64,000 nucleotides of DNA from an uncultured bacterium (GCA_964607485.1 CAZSKP010000005.1:64001-128000), one strand, 5' to 3'. Positions 38,422-49,383 are shown, numbered from the stretch's first letter. A program made the numbers and translations. The notes: generated by a model not told the origin, from the sequence alone.

Positions 38422-39624
38422 CTATTTTTCCCTTTCGATAATCGTTGCGACGCCCTGCCCGCCGCCGACGCAGGCATTGGCAAGTCCGTAGCGGGCGTTC
38501 TTCTTTTCGAGAATCCGCGCCAGCGTGCCTATCAAGCGGATGCCCGTGGCGCCCAGCGGATGGCCGATGGCCGTGCCGCCGCCCATCACGTTGACCTTGT
38601 TCGGGTCGATGCCCAGTTCCTTGATGCAGTTGAGCGCAACGACGCAGAAGGCTTCGTTGATTTCCCAGTAGTCGATGTCTTTCGCCTTGAGTCCGGCCTT
38701 TTCGAGGGCCTTCTTGCTCGACGGCACCGGGCCCGCTCCCATGATTGTCGGATCGACGCCCGACCAACCCATGGAGCGGATGGTCGCCAGGGGCTTAATG
38801 CCTTTCTTCTTGGCGGTCTCCTTCGACATGAGGATCATTGCCGTTGCCGCCGCGTTCAGCGGCGAGGAGTTACCCGCCGTGATGATGCCGTCGGGTCTGA
38901 ATGCGGGCTTCAAGCCTGCGAGACCCTCCATCGTAGTGCCTTCGCGCACTGCCTGGTCGGTGTCGACGACCTTCTTGCTTCCATCGCCTTGTTCGGCCTC
39001 GATGGGCAGGATCTCGCCCTCGAAGAAACCATCCTTTCGGGCCTGAACCGCGAGGTCGTGGCTGCGCTTCGCCCACTCGTCCATCGCTTCCTTGGTGATG
39101 CCCGACTGTGCGGCCAGCTTCTCGGCCGTGAGACCCATGTTCATGGTTGTCATCATGTCCCAATGATGATACTGCTCATCGCCGATAAGGGCGGGATTGG
39201 GGGCGATGGCGTCGCTGCCCCTCGCCACCAGGTCCATGGGCACGCGGGTCATGTGTTCCATGCCGGTGCACAGCACGATGTCCGAATAGCCGGTCATGAT
39301 TTCCATTGAGCCGATCTGTACGGCGGCCATGGCGGACCCGCACTGCTGGTCGACAAACCTGGCCGCGACGGTCTCGGCCAGATTGGCGAGAAACACGGGA
39401 ATCCTGCCGCCGTATGTCCATTGCTCGTTGACTCCCATTGCGGAGCCGGTGATACAATTGTCAATCTCTTTCGGGTCGACACCCGTGCGTTTGACCAGCT
39501 CCTTTATGACGGAGCCGAGCAAGACGTCGGCCCTCACCTGGCCGAACCAGTCCCGACCCGGGTCGTTCGGGCGCGACCTCGATTGAGCGGTTCTCAGGTA
39601 TCCTACAATTACGGGTTCTTTCAT
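38422..39624 (-). CDS. Acetyl-CoA C-acyltransferase (thiolase)
   Basis: [37 protein letters not shown]. Confidence 0.96.
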   Translation of the reverse strand: MKEPVIVGYLRTAQSRSRPNDPGRDWFGQVRADVLLGSVIKELVKRTGVDPKEIDNCITGSAMGVNEQWTYGGRIPVFLANLAETVAARFVDQQCGSAMAAVQIGSMEIMTGYSDIVLCTGMEHMTRVPMDLVARGSDAIAPNPALIGDEQYHHWDMMTTMNMGLTAEKLAAQSGITKEAMDEWAKRSHDLAVQARKDGFFEGEILPIEAEQGDGSKKVVDTDQAVREGTTMEGLAGLKPAFRPDGIITAGNSSPLNAAATAMILMSKETAKKKGIKPLATIRSMGWSGVDPTIMGAGPVPSSKKALEKAGLKAKDIDYWEINEAFCVVALNCIKELGIDPNKVNVMGGGTAIGHPLGATGIRLIGTLARILEKKNARYGLANACVGGGQGVATIIEREK

Positions 39625-39744
39625 CGTTCAACTCCTTTTTCTAGTTCTTTCCCGTACCCTCTCCTGCCAAAACACGATTGGCCCACAGTACGATAGCGCC
39701 GAACCTTCAGCAGAACTCAGCCTCTTCCGTTGTCCCGCCGCTTC

Positions 39745-40590
39745 TCAGGTCAGCGGGAAGAAGTCCGGCATGTCCTTGCTCACCCGCATCGTCCATCGTG
39801 GCGGCCTCTTCTCCATGAACGATACGATCCCCTCGTGGCAGTCGGGCTGAGTGCCCGTCCACCCGAAGTAGGCGTGATTTATCTGTTCGACCTTTTCGAG
39901 GTCGTTCTCGGCGAGGAATTGCCAGAGCATGCGTTTCGTGAGGGCGATGGAAACCGGCGCCGCATGGGTCGCGATCTCGGTCGCCAGCTCGCGGGCCGAT
40001 TTCAGGAGTTCGGCGTCCGGCACGACTCGGCTCACGAGCCCGCACTCGAGCGCCTCCTTAGCGCCGATGATCCTGCCCGTGTACATCAGCTCCGCCGCCT
40101 TGCTCACCCCGACGATGCGGGGGAGAAACCACGGGCTGGCCAGCTCGGGAATCACACCCCGCCGCACGAACACCATGCCGAAGCGGGCGCTCTCGGCGGC
40201 GATTCGGATGTCCATGGGGAGTATCATCGTGAGGCCGACGCCTACCGCCGGACCGTTGACCGCGACGATGACCGGCTTCTTGAGATCGAGAAGGGAAAAA
40301 AGAATGTTGCCCACTTGAGTCACGTCTTGGGACTTTTCCTCCGAGCCCTCCTGCCGTTCGGAAGATTCGAAGGTCGTCGCACCCGTGGAGAGGTCCATCC
40401 CCGCGCAAAAGCCCCTTCCGGCGCCCGTGAGTATCGTGGCCCTGATGTCGTCGTCATTGTCGACCTTTTGAAGAGCGTCTATCATCTCGGCGGCCAGCAC
40501 GAAAGTGAACGCGTTCAGGCGTTCCGGGCGGTTCAGCGTGATGGTCGCCACCTGCTCCGATACATCAAAAAGAATCTGTTTATAGCTCAT
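39745..40590 (-). CDS. Enoyl-CoA hydratase/isomerase family protein
   Basis: LNRPERLNA, FCAGMDL, KPVIVAVNGPAVGVG, DIRIA, GVIPE. Confidence 0.95.
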   Translation of the reverse strand: MSYKQILFDVSEQVATITLNRPERLNAFTFVLAAEMIDALQKVDNDDDIRATILTGAGRGFCAGMDLSTGATTFESSERQEGSEEKSQDVTQVGNILFSLLDLKKPVIVAVNGPAVGVGLTMILPMDIRIAAESARFGMVFVRRGVIPELASPWFLPRIVGVSKAAELMYTGRIIGAKEALECGLVSRVVPDAELLKSARELATEIATHAAPVSIALTKRMLWQFLAENDLEKVEQINHAYFGWTGTQPDCHEGIVSFMEKRPPRWTMRVSKDMPDFFPLT

Positions 40591-40711
40591 TCCGTGCCTC
40601 TCGTGTGACGGTTGGGTGAATGAAACGCCTCTCCTCCGGCAAAGCTAACCTGATCGCAGCGGCCGTGACGGAACTCACTCCTGGCTGCGCGCGAATTCCG
40701 CCGCACGACTC

Positions 40712-42175
40712 TCAGTCTTCGATGCCCGCGAGTCGTTTGACCATGTTCTTGCGCAACTCGATGTCGTACTGCGAGGTGATGGCGATCTGCTCCATTATGG
40801 GGGACCCGCCGCCGTGATAGCTTCCGAACGCATGCACGCCCGCGGTGGCGGAGCAGAGCAGGTCGCCGACGTAGCGCCACAATTGAGCCGCGTTTTCCGC
40901 CGATATGTCGGGATTGCGCATAATATATTTGTTGAGCAAATCCTTCGTTTCGGTATTGATGAAATCGCCTTCGTACGGGAACGTCGCGGGTATGCCTCCG
41001 GCCAGGTCGCACAGCATCTCACTCTCGTGGAAGACCGCCTCGCCCGTCAGGCAGCGTCCGACGTTGGCATAGATGGAGTCGGGGATATAATTGCCCGGCC
41101 CGTAGGTGACCTTGCCCAGCCCGGGGACGAACACCTCGGGTCCGCCGAGCTCCGACGCCGTGAAACCGGCCGCGTATCCCAGCTCTGTGACCATGATGAA
41201 TTCGGACAGCTTCGTACGCACGTGTGACGCCTTCTGTATGCCGTTGTACTCGGCTATGAGCGCCGCGGTTCCGAGCAGGAGGTCCCCGATGGCCGGCTTG
41301 CAGCCGGAATAGCTGTGCCGGTGAAACAGTGCGAATAAGAGGGCGCACGCGCCGCCGTGGACGGTCTCTCCGCACAGAAACACGCGGTCCCACGGGATGA
41401 ACACGTTGTCGAAGATGGTGTAGGAATCGGTTGCTCCGGGGGTGAAGCCCCTGGGGAAATGCTGCCTCTTGCGAAGGTTGTGGATGCTCACCACCTGCTT
41501 GATGCCTTCCCAGTCTGCGGGGATGGCGAATGCGACGGCCCAATCCTTTTCCTCCGGCTTGAGCGCGCGGGTGGGCACGACGAGGATCTCGTCGGCGACC
41601 GACGCCTCGGAATTGTGGACCTTGCAGCCGCGGACGACGACGCCGTCGCTCTTCCGCTCGACAACCCTCAGGTACAGGTCGGGGTCTTCCTGCTCGCTCG
41701 GCCGCCTCATGCGGTGACCCTTGACGTCGGTCTGGGCGCAGCAGCCCACGAGGTCCTCTTTTTGAAAGCGCTCGAGCCATTTCTTGAAGTTGCTGTGATA
41801 CTCGGTCGCGCCATTGTTCTCCTTGTCGGCCTCGTAGGAAACGGCGTAGATTGCGTTGGTGGCGTCGATGCCCATGCAGCGCTGAATGCACCCGCCGACC
41901 ACACGGCAGAGCATGCGTGTCATGTCCTGCTTCTTGTGCAAATCCTCTTTGTTCTGGTGAACATGACAGAAACGGCTGATCTTTTCTCCGGTGAGGTGAG
42001 AGGTGGCGGTGCACAGGTCTTCATATTGCGGGTCGTTCGCGTAGTCGAAGGTCACGCCGATGGTGTTGAGACAATCCATCTGCAGCTCGTCGTCACGGTC
42101 GATCTTTTGACCGTTCACGTAAATGTTGCGACGCTTCTTCTTAAGACCTTCGATGTATTGTTCTTTCGTTCGCAT
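40712..42175 (-). CDS. 4-hydroxybutyryl-CoA dehydratase-like (AbfD / HpaB family) FAD/Fe-S protein
   Basis: GGCIQRCMG and HRHSYSGCK match the AbfD Cys/Cys/His/Cys cluster ligands; QTDVKG, VFIPWDRVFLCGE, HGGGSP. Confidence 0.88.
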   Translation of the reverse strand: MRTKEQYIEGLKKKRRNIYVNGQKIDRDDELQMDCLNTIGVTFDYANDPQYEDLCTATSHLTGEKISRFCHVHQNKEDLHKKQDMTRMLCRVVGGCIQRCMGIDATNAIYAVSYEADKENNGATEYHSNFKKWLERFQKEDLVGCCAQTDVKGHRMRRPSEQEDPDLYLRVVERKSDGVVVRGCKVHNSEASVADEILVVPTRALKPEEKDWAVAFAIPADWEGIKQVVSIHNLRKRQHFPRGFTPGATDSYTIFDNVFIPWDRVFLCGETVHGGACALLFALFHRHSYSGCKPAIGDLLLGTAALIAEYNGIQKASHVRTKLSEFIMVTELGYAAGFTASELGGPEVFVPGLGKVTYGPGNYIPDSIYANVGRCLTGEAVFHESEMLCDLAGGIPATFPYEGDFINTETKDLLNKYIMRNPDISAENAAQLWRYVGDLLCSATAGVHAFGSYHGGGSPIMEQIAITSQYDIELRKNMVKRLAGIED

Positions 42176-42375
42176 ACTCCCTACTCCTTGGTCTTAAGGC
42201 TGGTTGTGCCTTGTACCCAAAACCGGCAAAAGTCGGTTTGCCAAAGAATATGTTTCGGCCATTGCGGGATGATATGTGCTCGGCCACACAGGGGTGTAAG
42301 CTATAATATCATATTGTTGACAAGAAAGGCAAACTTTTCCCCCTTCCATCTTCCGCAAGCGCAATTGAGGGAGAG

Positions 42376-43644
42376 TTAACCCGGCGCTCTCGGCGGAATG
42401 GCCAGGAAGCTCAGTCCGGTGGCGAGAGTGTAGGTCGCCACGAAGACGGCGAACGCGAATAGGTAGCTTTGGTTGATGTCGAAGATGAATCCGGCAAACG
42501 GAGGCCCGACCGAGGCCCCGATAGTGCTGAACACGTAGAACATTCCCAGTATCACCCCAAATGACTTCATGCCGAAGCACTCGCCCACAATCAACGGTTC
42601 GAGAGCAATCACTCCTCCCATCGCGAAACCCCAGATAATCACGAACCAGAAGGGAGAGCCGAGCGCTTGCGTGCGCAGCAGCAAAACGGTGCCGACCGCC
42701 TGAAGCCCGAAACACAGAGCCATCGCGTAACGAACGGGGTAACGGTCGGCCATCGCTCCGAAGAAGAGTTTTCCCGCGATGCCCAGAAGCGCGCAAAGCC
42801 CGAGGGCGTCGGCGGCCTTCTCGGGCGAGATACCGATGTCCTGAAAATACGCCACCTGATGCACCAGAATCCCGATCTGACCGAAAGTCGCAAGGATGAA
42901 CGCGGCCGCTATCGCCCAGAAACTGGGTGTCCGGACCGCCTCGCGAAACGTCAAGCCAACAGCGGCGGCGAAGCCAGATGGCATCCGGTTGTGCTTCTCT
43001 CTCGCCGGATCGTCGGCAGGAGTTTTGCCGTCTGGCAGTACACCAAGCTCCGCCGGACGCCTCTTGAAAACTGCGCCGGCGACCGGAATCAGGACCAGGA
43101 AGGTGAGGACGCCGAAGATCAAGAATGTCCTCTGCCATTGAAACAGGTCGATGAGCCTGCGCGTGAGCGGCACGACGATCAGACCGCCCACGCCGACCCC
43201 GACCATCATGACGCCCATCGCCCTTCCTCGCTTCCTTTCGAACCAGTCGGAGACGGCGTAGCTGGTTGACATGGGGCCGGTGCAGCTCACGCCGACCGCC
43301 AATAAGAGGCAGATGAGGCAGAACTGCCAGAGCGTTTGCATGCGACTGAACAGCACGAAGGAGGCGCTCATGATGAGCGCGCCCGCGATGACTATCTTCT
43401 TGACGCCCCATGCGGGCACCAATCGGCCCACCACGGGGCTTGCGAGTCCGCCCCCGACAAACGTCATGGAGATGCCTATCGCGGTCTCGCCTTTTCCCCA
43501 GCCGAGGTTCTCGCTCAACGCCACAAGGAACACGGGAAACGAGTAGAACCCGACACCGGCATGGAACCACAGGCTCACGAAACCGGCGGCCACGATGTAC
43601 CAGCCGTAGAATATCCCTCGGCGCTGGGGTGCGCGGGCGTTCAT
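42376..43644 (-). CDS. MFS transporter
   Basis: IFYGWYIV, WFERKRGRAMG, GAMADRY; about 12 hydrophobic segments. Start uncertain. Confidence 0.92.
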   Translation of the reverse strand: MNARAPQRRGIFYGWYIVAAGFVSLWFHAGVGFYSFPVFLVALSENLGWGKGETAIGISMTFVGGGLASPVVGRLVPAWGVKKIVIAGALIMSASFVLFSRMQTLWQFCLICLLLAVGVSCTGPMSTSYAVSDWFERKRGRAMGVMMVGVGVGGLIVVPLTRRLIDLFQWQRTFLIFGVLTFLVLIPVAGAVFKRRPAELGVLPDGKTPADDPAREKHNRMPSGFAAAVGLTFREAVRTPSFWAIAAAFILATFGQIGILVHQVAYFQDIGISPEKAADALGLCALLGIAGKLFFGAMADRYPVRYAMALCFGLQAVGTVLLLRTQALGSPFWFVIIWGFAMGGVIALEPLIVGECFGMKSFGVILGMFYVFSTIGASVGPPFAGFIFDINQSYLFAFAVFVATYTLATGLSFLAIPPRAPG

Positions 43645-43769
43645 GAACAGTCTAGCCCCCATGGGTGCAGATTTGTTGCCCGCATGGGTGCAACATGTCC
43701 CGCCCATGCACATATTTCAAATCGCATCGAACTCTTCACAGCATGTTGTCCAAGAGGCCATTGCCGATT

Positions 43770-43890
43770 TGTCATTCTGAGCCCTTCGGCTGCGCTCAGG
43801 ATAAACTCCGCGAAGAATCTCCTGCGCTCCCGCGAAAATGAGAGATTCTTCGTCGCCCGGGTCTGCGACCCTTTGCTCCTCAGGATGACA
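43770..43890. repeat. Palindromic REP-like element (TGTCATTCTGAG...GAAGAATCT...AGATTCTTC...CTCAGGATGACA)
   Basis: Terminal inverted repeats and an internal inverted repeat; a half copy occurs at 32045-32072. Confidence 0.75.
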
Positions 43891-43974
43891 CTTCCGATAA
43901 GGTTGTCAAGAGGAACCTTCTTTCGGCAACAGCCCTTCCAGATACAACCATATTCTCGCAGGAAAACGGATTTC

Positions 43975-45456
43975 TCACCTGACCGTCTTTGAAGAGGCGC
44001 GCGTAACGTACCATTTGTACAGCCGCGAGGACAGGATTCTCAGATTGCGCGGCCCGCCGTACGGAATCTTGTGATTCACAACAAAGAGGCGGGTATGCTC
44101 GCTCTCCTCGTTTGCCATCAGTTCCGAGATGATGCGCCCGGCGAGCTGGCCGAACGCGACGCCTTCGCCGTTGTAGGCGACTCCGTAGAATATGTTCTTG
44201 TGTTCTCCCATCACTCCCACCGACGAAACAAAATCGAGCGTGAACCCCATTGTGCCTCCCCAGGCGTGGTCGATTCGCAGTCCCTCTAACTGGGGAAATG
44301 TGGTGAACAGGCTTTTTGTCAGGAGTTCGATGACAGGCTTGTTGTTCCCCGAGCTCAACGCATCGTTGGCGTAATACGGATAGTCCGTTCCGCCGATGAC
44401 GATTCGGCCGTCCGCTGTGGGCCGCTGATAGTCGAACAGCACGCGCATGTCGGCGATCCCCTGCCGGTTTTGCCAGCCGATGGATTCCCACTGCGCTTTG
44501 TTGAGCGGCTCGGTGGCTATCACGTAGCTGCAAAGGGGTATCACGCGGTTTTGGAAGAAGCCGAGTTTGGAGGAGTAGCCGTTCAGGCCGAGCACGAGCA
44601 CGGGAGCGGTTATCTCGCCCATCTCCGTCTCCACACGGTGCACCTTGCCCGGAGTGACGCGCATCACCAAGGTTCGTTCCCTGACCTCGACTCCGGCATT
44701 CTCTATCACCGGCTTTATCCCCCGTGCCAGCTTTGCAGGGTTGACGATGGCTCCGTAGGGGAACTTCACCCCGGCGATGTAGCGGGGCGACTTGACCTCA
44801 GCCTCGAGCTCTTTTCCCTGCACGAACGTGGCGTCGAGTCCCATCGCTTTGTATCGTTCGAGCTCCTTTTCCATGTGTTCGGCCTGCTCTTCATCCATCG
44901 CGGCTTCCAGCATGCCGTTTTCCTCGAAGTCGCACTCGACGCCGTTTTCCGAGATCAACTCCTTGATTTGTCCGATGCCGTAAAGGGTGGCGTCGAAGGC
45001 TTTGCGACCCAGTTCCGGACCCGCCTTGTCAACGTAGTCCATCAGGCCGGGTATGCCGGCGTCGCAGAAGCCGCCATTGCGGCCGCTCGCGCCGTAGCCG
45101 CAGCAGGCTCCCTCGAGCAGCACGATTTTCTTGTCCGGGTATTTGCGGCTGAGATTGTAAGCCGAAGAGAGGCCGGTGAAGCCGCCGCCGATAATGACGA
45201 TGTCGGCCTTGCGACTTCCTTTCAGCGGCGCGTTTATCTCTTGATGTTCGAGGTCGGCCGCCTTGAACCAGAAGTTGTCGAGGAAGTATTCATACAAGTC
45301 CGGCGGCCTCGCGGGGTCGTTTCCCACGCGTGAAAGCCCGTAGGAGAGCCCCCACGCGCCCGCCGCACCCGCAGCCACACCGCCCACAAAGGCGCGCCGG
45401 GTTATCTTCCTTCCGCTGCCAACATCGGTCTTCTCAATCTTTGTGTCCTCGCTCAC
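43975..45456 (-). CDS. FAD-dependent oxidoreductase (DAO/PuuB-like) with twin-arginine-like leader
   Basis: TRRAFVGG leader; IIGGGFTGLSSA, GASGRNGG, HAWGG, YNGEGV. Confidence 0.9.
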   Translation of the reverse strand: MSEDTKIEKTDVGSGRKITRRAFVGGVAAGAAGAWGLSYGLSRVGNDPARPPDLYEYFLDNFWFKAADLEHQEINAPLKGSRKADIVIIGGGFTGLSSAYNLSRKYPDKKIVLLEGACCGYGASGRNGGFCDAGIPGLMDYVDKAGPELGRKAFDATLYGIGQIKELISENGVECDFEENGMLEAAMDEEQAEHMEKELERYKAMGLDATFVQGKELEAEVKSPRYIAGVKFPYGAIVNPAKLARGIKPVIENAGVEVRERTLVMRVTPGKVHRVETEMGEITAPVLVLGLNGYSSKLGFFQNRVIPLCSYVIATEPLNKAQWESIGWQNRQGIADMRVLFDYQRPTADGRIVIGGTDYPYYANDALSSGNNKPVIELLTKSLFTTFPQLEGLRIDHAWGGTMGFTLDFVSSVGVMGEHKNIFYGVAYNGEGVAFGQLAGRIISELMANEESEHTRLFVVNHKIPYGGPRNLRILSSRLYKWYVTRASSKTVR

Positions 45457-45477
45457 TGTCGGCCTCCTTTGTCTTCG

Positions 45478-46206
45478 TTACAAATACCTCCGGTCCCGAG
45501 AGGTGCGTTTTCCTCTTGGCTTTCGGCTGGCTCGCTTCTTCGCTCTTATGATGAACATCATCCCCTGCTCGCGAAATTCTATTCTGATGAATCCCGCTTT
45601 CCTGAGCATTTGCCGGTATTCGTCCATGTACAGGAAATGTCCCAGCGAGAACTTCATGCCCAAACGCCAGAGCAGATTGGTTTCACACTTGTCCCGGTTC
45701 AGCGTCGAAAGAGCGAGCGTACCGCCCGGCCGCAGCATCTGCGCCATCTCGGCCAACGCGCGCTCCGGATGAACAAAGTTGGGCAGGCCGTTGCAGCTCA
45801 GCACCGCGTCGAAAGATTCTTGCTTGAAACGGTCGGAGAGTTTTTCCGCGTCGGCCTTGCGGTAACGGATGTTTCGCAGCTTCAGCCGTCTCGCCCGTGC
45901 GCGCGCCCTTTGAAGCATTTCGGTGGAGATGTCGACAGCCACGACGTTGCCCTCAGGCCCAATGGCACGGCACAACGCCTGATGTCCGGCGCCGGTGCCG
46001 CACGCGACGTCGAGCACCGTCGCACCCGGCTCCACGCGTGCCAGTTCAACAAACCTTTCCTCGAACTCGTCGTATGAAATGTCGCCGAACAGGCGAAACA
46101 GCTTTATGAAAAAGGGCTGCGCGACGTCATAGAAACGTGCATAGGAGTCCCAGGCAAGTTCGGTAACACCGAAATCTCGGATGCTTCTTCCAGTGAATAT
46201 CTTCAT
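45478..46206 (-). CDS. Class I SAM-dependent methyltransferase (UbiE-like)
   Basis: VLDVACGTG, VDISTEML, FDAVL, LRPGG. Confidence 0.9.
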   Translation of the reverse strand: MKIFTGRSIRDFGVTELAWDSYARFYDVAQPFFIKLFRLFGDISYDEFEERFVELARVEPGATVLDVACGTGAGHQALCRAIGPEGNVVAVDISTEMLQRARARARRLKLRNIRYRKADAEKLSDRFKQESFDAVLSCNGLPNFVHPERALAEMAQMLRPGGTLALSTLNRDKCETNLLWRLGMKFSLGHFLYMDEYRQMLRKAGFIRIEFREQGMMFIIRAKKRASRKPRGKRTSRDRRYL

Positions 46207-46410
46207 GAGGGTGTACGGGCTGGGAGAACGTGTGCCTTCGCATGACAGCTTACCACGACCAAATCCCGAAAATCAAAACGTTGGCTCCGAGGCTCAAGCG
46301 GGCGCCAGCTTCGTGTTTGACCCTGAAGTCGGCCACGTGATAGGATACGCTCCGCGCGTGAATTCCATATAGATGTAGTCAGTAAGCGGAGTCTTCGGAG
46401 GTGTAAATCG

Positions 46411-47481
46411 ATGGGGAAGAAGGTCGTCGTGCTTGGAGGAGATGGAATCGGCCCGGAGGTGACGGACGCCGCCGCCTACGTATTGAGGGAAGCCGGATTC
46501 GGGCTCGACATACACACGCCGCCATGCGGCGAAAAAGTCGTCGATGAATTTGGAACCGCGCTTCCCGACGAGACGAGGGAGATGTGCGGCGACGCCGACG
46601 CGATACTGTTCGGCGCAACGGGCGAGGCGAGCATAATAATCATCGCGTATCTCCGCTTCGTCCTGAGAGCATACGCCAATGTGCGTCCGCTGAAATACTA
46701 CGCTGGCTCCAATTCGCCGCTGGCACATCCCGGCAAGATCGACTTCGTCGTGGTGAGAGAGAACCTGGAGGGGATGTATCCCGGTCGGGAGGGCGACCTG
46801 TCGGACATGGCCAGAGCCATGCCCGATTACCGCGACCTGTTGGGCAAGAGTTTCGGCGATTTGGGCGAGGGCAAGTTTGCGGTCCGCGTCATCACGAAGG
46901 AGGGCTCCGACAGGATCGCCCGGTTCGCGTGCGAGCTGGCGCGGAAACGCAAGCGGATGGGCCATGCCGGGAAAGTCACCTGCGTGACAAAACAGAACAT
47001 GCTCAGAGAATCCTGCGGCCTGTTCAAGCAGAGGGTCGAAGAGGTGCTCAAAGAATATCCCGAGCTTGCGTACGAGCATTTCCACGTGGACGACGCGGCG
47101 CGCCGGCTGGTGAGATTTCCGCAGGAGATGGACGTGGTCGTGACCTCGAACATGTTCGGCGACATACTGTCCGACCTCGGAGCGGAGCTGGTCGGCGGCC
47201 TGGGAATCGCCCCGAGCGGCTGCTACAGCGATGAGAAGGCCTACTTCGAGTCGATCCACGGTTCCGCTCCCGACATCGCGGGCAAGGGAGTGGCCAATCC
47301 GACGGCGACCATCCTGTCGGCGAGCATGATGTTGGATTACCTGGGGATGGAAGGCGAGGCGGTTGCGCTCGAGCGGGCGGTCGAACGTGCTTATCGCAAG
47401 GGGAAAACCCTCCCGCACGACCAGGGCGGCCGCGCGACGACCATGGAATTCGCCGACGCGGTGCTTAAGGAAATCAAATAA
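46411..47481 (+). CDS. Isocitrate/isopropylmalate dehydrogenase family protein
   Basis: GDGIGPEV, YANVRP, VRENLEGMY, NMFGDILSDL, ESIHGSAPDIAGKGVANP. Confidence 0.94.
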   Translation: MGKKVVVLGGDGIGPEVTDAAAYVLREAGFGLDIHTPPCGEKVVDEFGTALPDETREMCGDADAILFGATGEASIIIIAYLRFVLRAYANVRPLKYYAGSNSPLAHPGKIDFVVVRENLEGMYPGREGDLSDMARAMPDYRDLLGKSFGDLGEGKFAVRVITKEGSDRIARFACELARKRKRMGHAGKVTCVTKQNMLRESCGLFKQRVEEVLKEYPELAYEHFHVDDAARRLVRFPQEMDVVVTSNMFGDILSDLGAELVGGLGIAPSGCYSDEKAYFESIHGSAPDIAGKGVANPTATILSASMMLDYLGMEGEAVALERAVERAYRKGKTLPHDQGGRATTMEFADAVLKEIK

Positions 47482-47556
47482 CATTTCCGTATCGCCAACA
47501 AGATTTCAAATTGCGGTGACCACCCCGCCGTTTTTCAGCCGAGAGATGAGGAGATT

Positions 47557-48969
47557 TTGAGAATGCAGGATTCCGCCCGGACCCTGAACCGCATATTTCA
47601 TCCGAAATCCGTCGCGATAGTGGGCGCTTCGGATAATCCGTTCAAGATGGGATTCCGCTGTGTGGCGAGCCTGGTCGAGATAGGGTTCGAGGGAGGAGTG
47701 TATCCGGTCAACGACCGGGTGGATTCCATCTGCGGTCTGAAGACCTATCCAACGCTCTTGGACGTGAACGGAGACGTGGATCTGGTCATCATCGTCGTTC
47801 CCGCGCAGCACGTGCCCGACGCGCTCAGGGCGGCCGCGCAAAAGCGCGCCGCGGGAGCGGTCATCATCACAGCCGGTTTCAAGGAAATCGAGGGCGACGA
47901 GGGCGCCGCGCTCCAGGCGGAGATAACGCGCATCGCGAACGACGCCGGCATCAAGATAGTCGGCCCGAACACGTTCGGGATGGTTAATACGGTGGCCAAC
48001 CTCAACGCCTCATTCACGCCGGTTTTCAGCCACCTAAAGCGTGGGACGATCAGCATGCTCGGCCAGAGCGGAGGTGTGTGCCACCTCGTTTCGTTCCAGG
48101 CGATTGACGAAGGAGTGGGAATGAACAAGGTGGTCGGGCTGGGCAATCGCTGCAACCTGAGCTTCCCGGAGCTGCTCGAGTACCTCGCCGACGACCCCGA
48201 GACCCGCACAATCATTCTGTACCTTGAGGGCATCGAGGAAGCGCGCGCCCTCATGGAAACCGCGAAGAGCGTGGCCCCGCGCAAGCCGCTCGTCGGGCTA
48301 AAGGTAGGACATTCCGAGGCGGCCTCGCGGGCGGTGCAGTCGCACACGGGCTCGCTGTCGGGCAGGAGCAACCTGTACTATGCGGCGTTCGAGCAGGCGG
48401 GCATCGTGCCCGCTCGCGACACGGTCGAGCTGCTGGACGTGGCGAAGATTCTCGACATGATACCGCCGCCTGCGGGCGACAGGGTTGCGGTCATGTCGTT
48501 CCAGGCGGGGCCGGGCATCATGCTCACCGATTTGTGCGTGAGCCATGGGCTGAGAATGCCGAGTCTTTCGCCCGACACTGTGGCCGGGCTCAAGCGGCTC
48601 TGGCCCGACTTCACCATCCGGAGCAACCCGGTGGACCTCGCGTTCCTTACCGACATGAGCATGTTCGGCGAGGCGGCGCGGCTGGTGCTGACGGACGAGA
48701 ACGTGGACGCGGTCATCGTCTTCTATCTGGACTTCTTCGGCATGTTCACCAACGCCGTGTCGCAGGACCTGCTTTCGTTGAAAGAGGAACTGGGAAAACC
48801 CATCGTCATGTGCGTGAATTTTCCGACCAGTGTGTCTGCCGGAGAGACCGTGGAAGCACTCGCCAAATTACAGGAGAACGGCATCCCGGTCTATCCGCTT
48901 CCCGAACGCGCCGTGAAAGCGCTGAAGGGGCTCGTCCGCCGGGGCGAGATAGAGAGAGCCCTGCGGTAA
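47557..48969 (+). CDS. Acyl-CoA synthetase (ADP-forming) alpha-subunit-like CoA-binding protein
   Basis: PKSVAIVGAS, AGFKE, GPNTFG, QSGG, SHTGSLSG (phospho-His), NPVDL; no ATP-grasp domain. Confidence 0.9.
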   Translation: MRMQDSARTLNRIFHPKSVAIVGASDNPFKMGFRCVASLVEIGFEGGVYPVNDRVDSICGLKTYPTLLDVNGDVDLVIIVVPAQHVPDALRAAAQKRAAGAVIITAGFKEIEGDEGAALQAEITRIANDAGIKIVGPNTFGMVNTVANLNASFTPVFSHLKRGTISMLGQSGGVCHLVSFQAIDEGVGMNKVVGLGNRCNLSFPELLEYLADDPETRTIILYLEGIEEARALMETAKSVAPRKPLVGLKVGHSEAASRAVQSHTGSLSGRSNLYYAAFEQAGIVPARDTVELLDVAKILDMIPPPAGDRVAVMSFQAGPGIMLTDLCVSHGLRMPSLSPDTVAGLKRLWPDFTIRSNPVDLAFLTDMSMFGEAARLVLTDENVDAVIVFYLDFFGMFTNAVSQDLLSLKEELGKPIVMCVNFPTSVSAGETVEALAKLQENGIPVYPLPERAVKALKGLVRRGEIERALR

Positions 48970-48972
48970 CTA

Positions 48973-49383
48973 TCACACCTTTTCCGCGTACACCTTGAAC
49001 AACACCCGCCCCAGACCTCCGTGCGCGGCCCCGGTGTCGATGCACTGGACGTGGTTGAAGATGTACTTGTTCGGGTCTTCTCCGGTCACTATGGCCGACA
49101 GCATCGCACGAATGGCGGTGTTCAGGGGCGTGATGGCGTCGGTGCAGACGTTGTCGGCGGTCGTCTCGTCCTTGTTCAGCATCGTGGCATTGAACACCAG
49201 CTTGTCGCCGGGTTTGTAGAAAGCGAAGCAGTTTTCCGATTCGACCACTTCCGCCACGATCTTGTAGCCCATCAGCGCCATGCTGTTCTCAAGCATGCGT
49301 TCCATCCCGGGGGAAAGCTTGTCGAGTTCCTCGTCGCTGATGCCAACCATGCTCTTTACCATCTCACGCGTTGCTTCATCCAT
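48973..49383 (-). CDS. Hypothetical protein with spaced Cys residues
   Basis: GGAG RBS; AEVVESENC...PGDK...C...CIDTG...GLGRVLFKV. Confidence 0.75.
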   Translation of the reverse strand: MDEATREMVKSMVGISDEELDKLSPGMERMLENSMALMGYKIVAEVVESENCFAFYKPGDKLVFNATMLNKDETTADNVCTDAITPLNTAIRAMLSAIVTGEDPNKYIFNHVQCIDTGAAHGGLGRVLFKVYAEKV

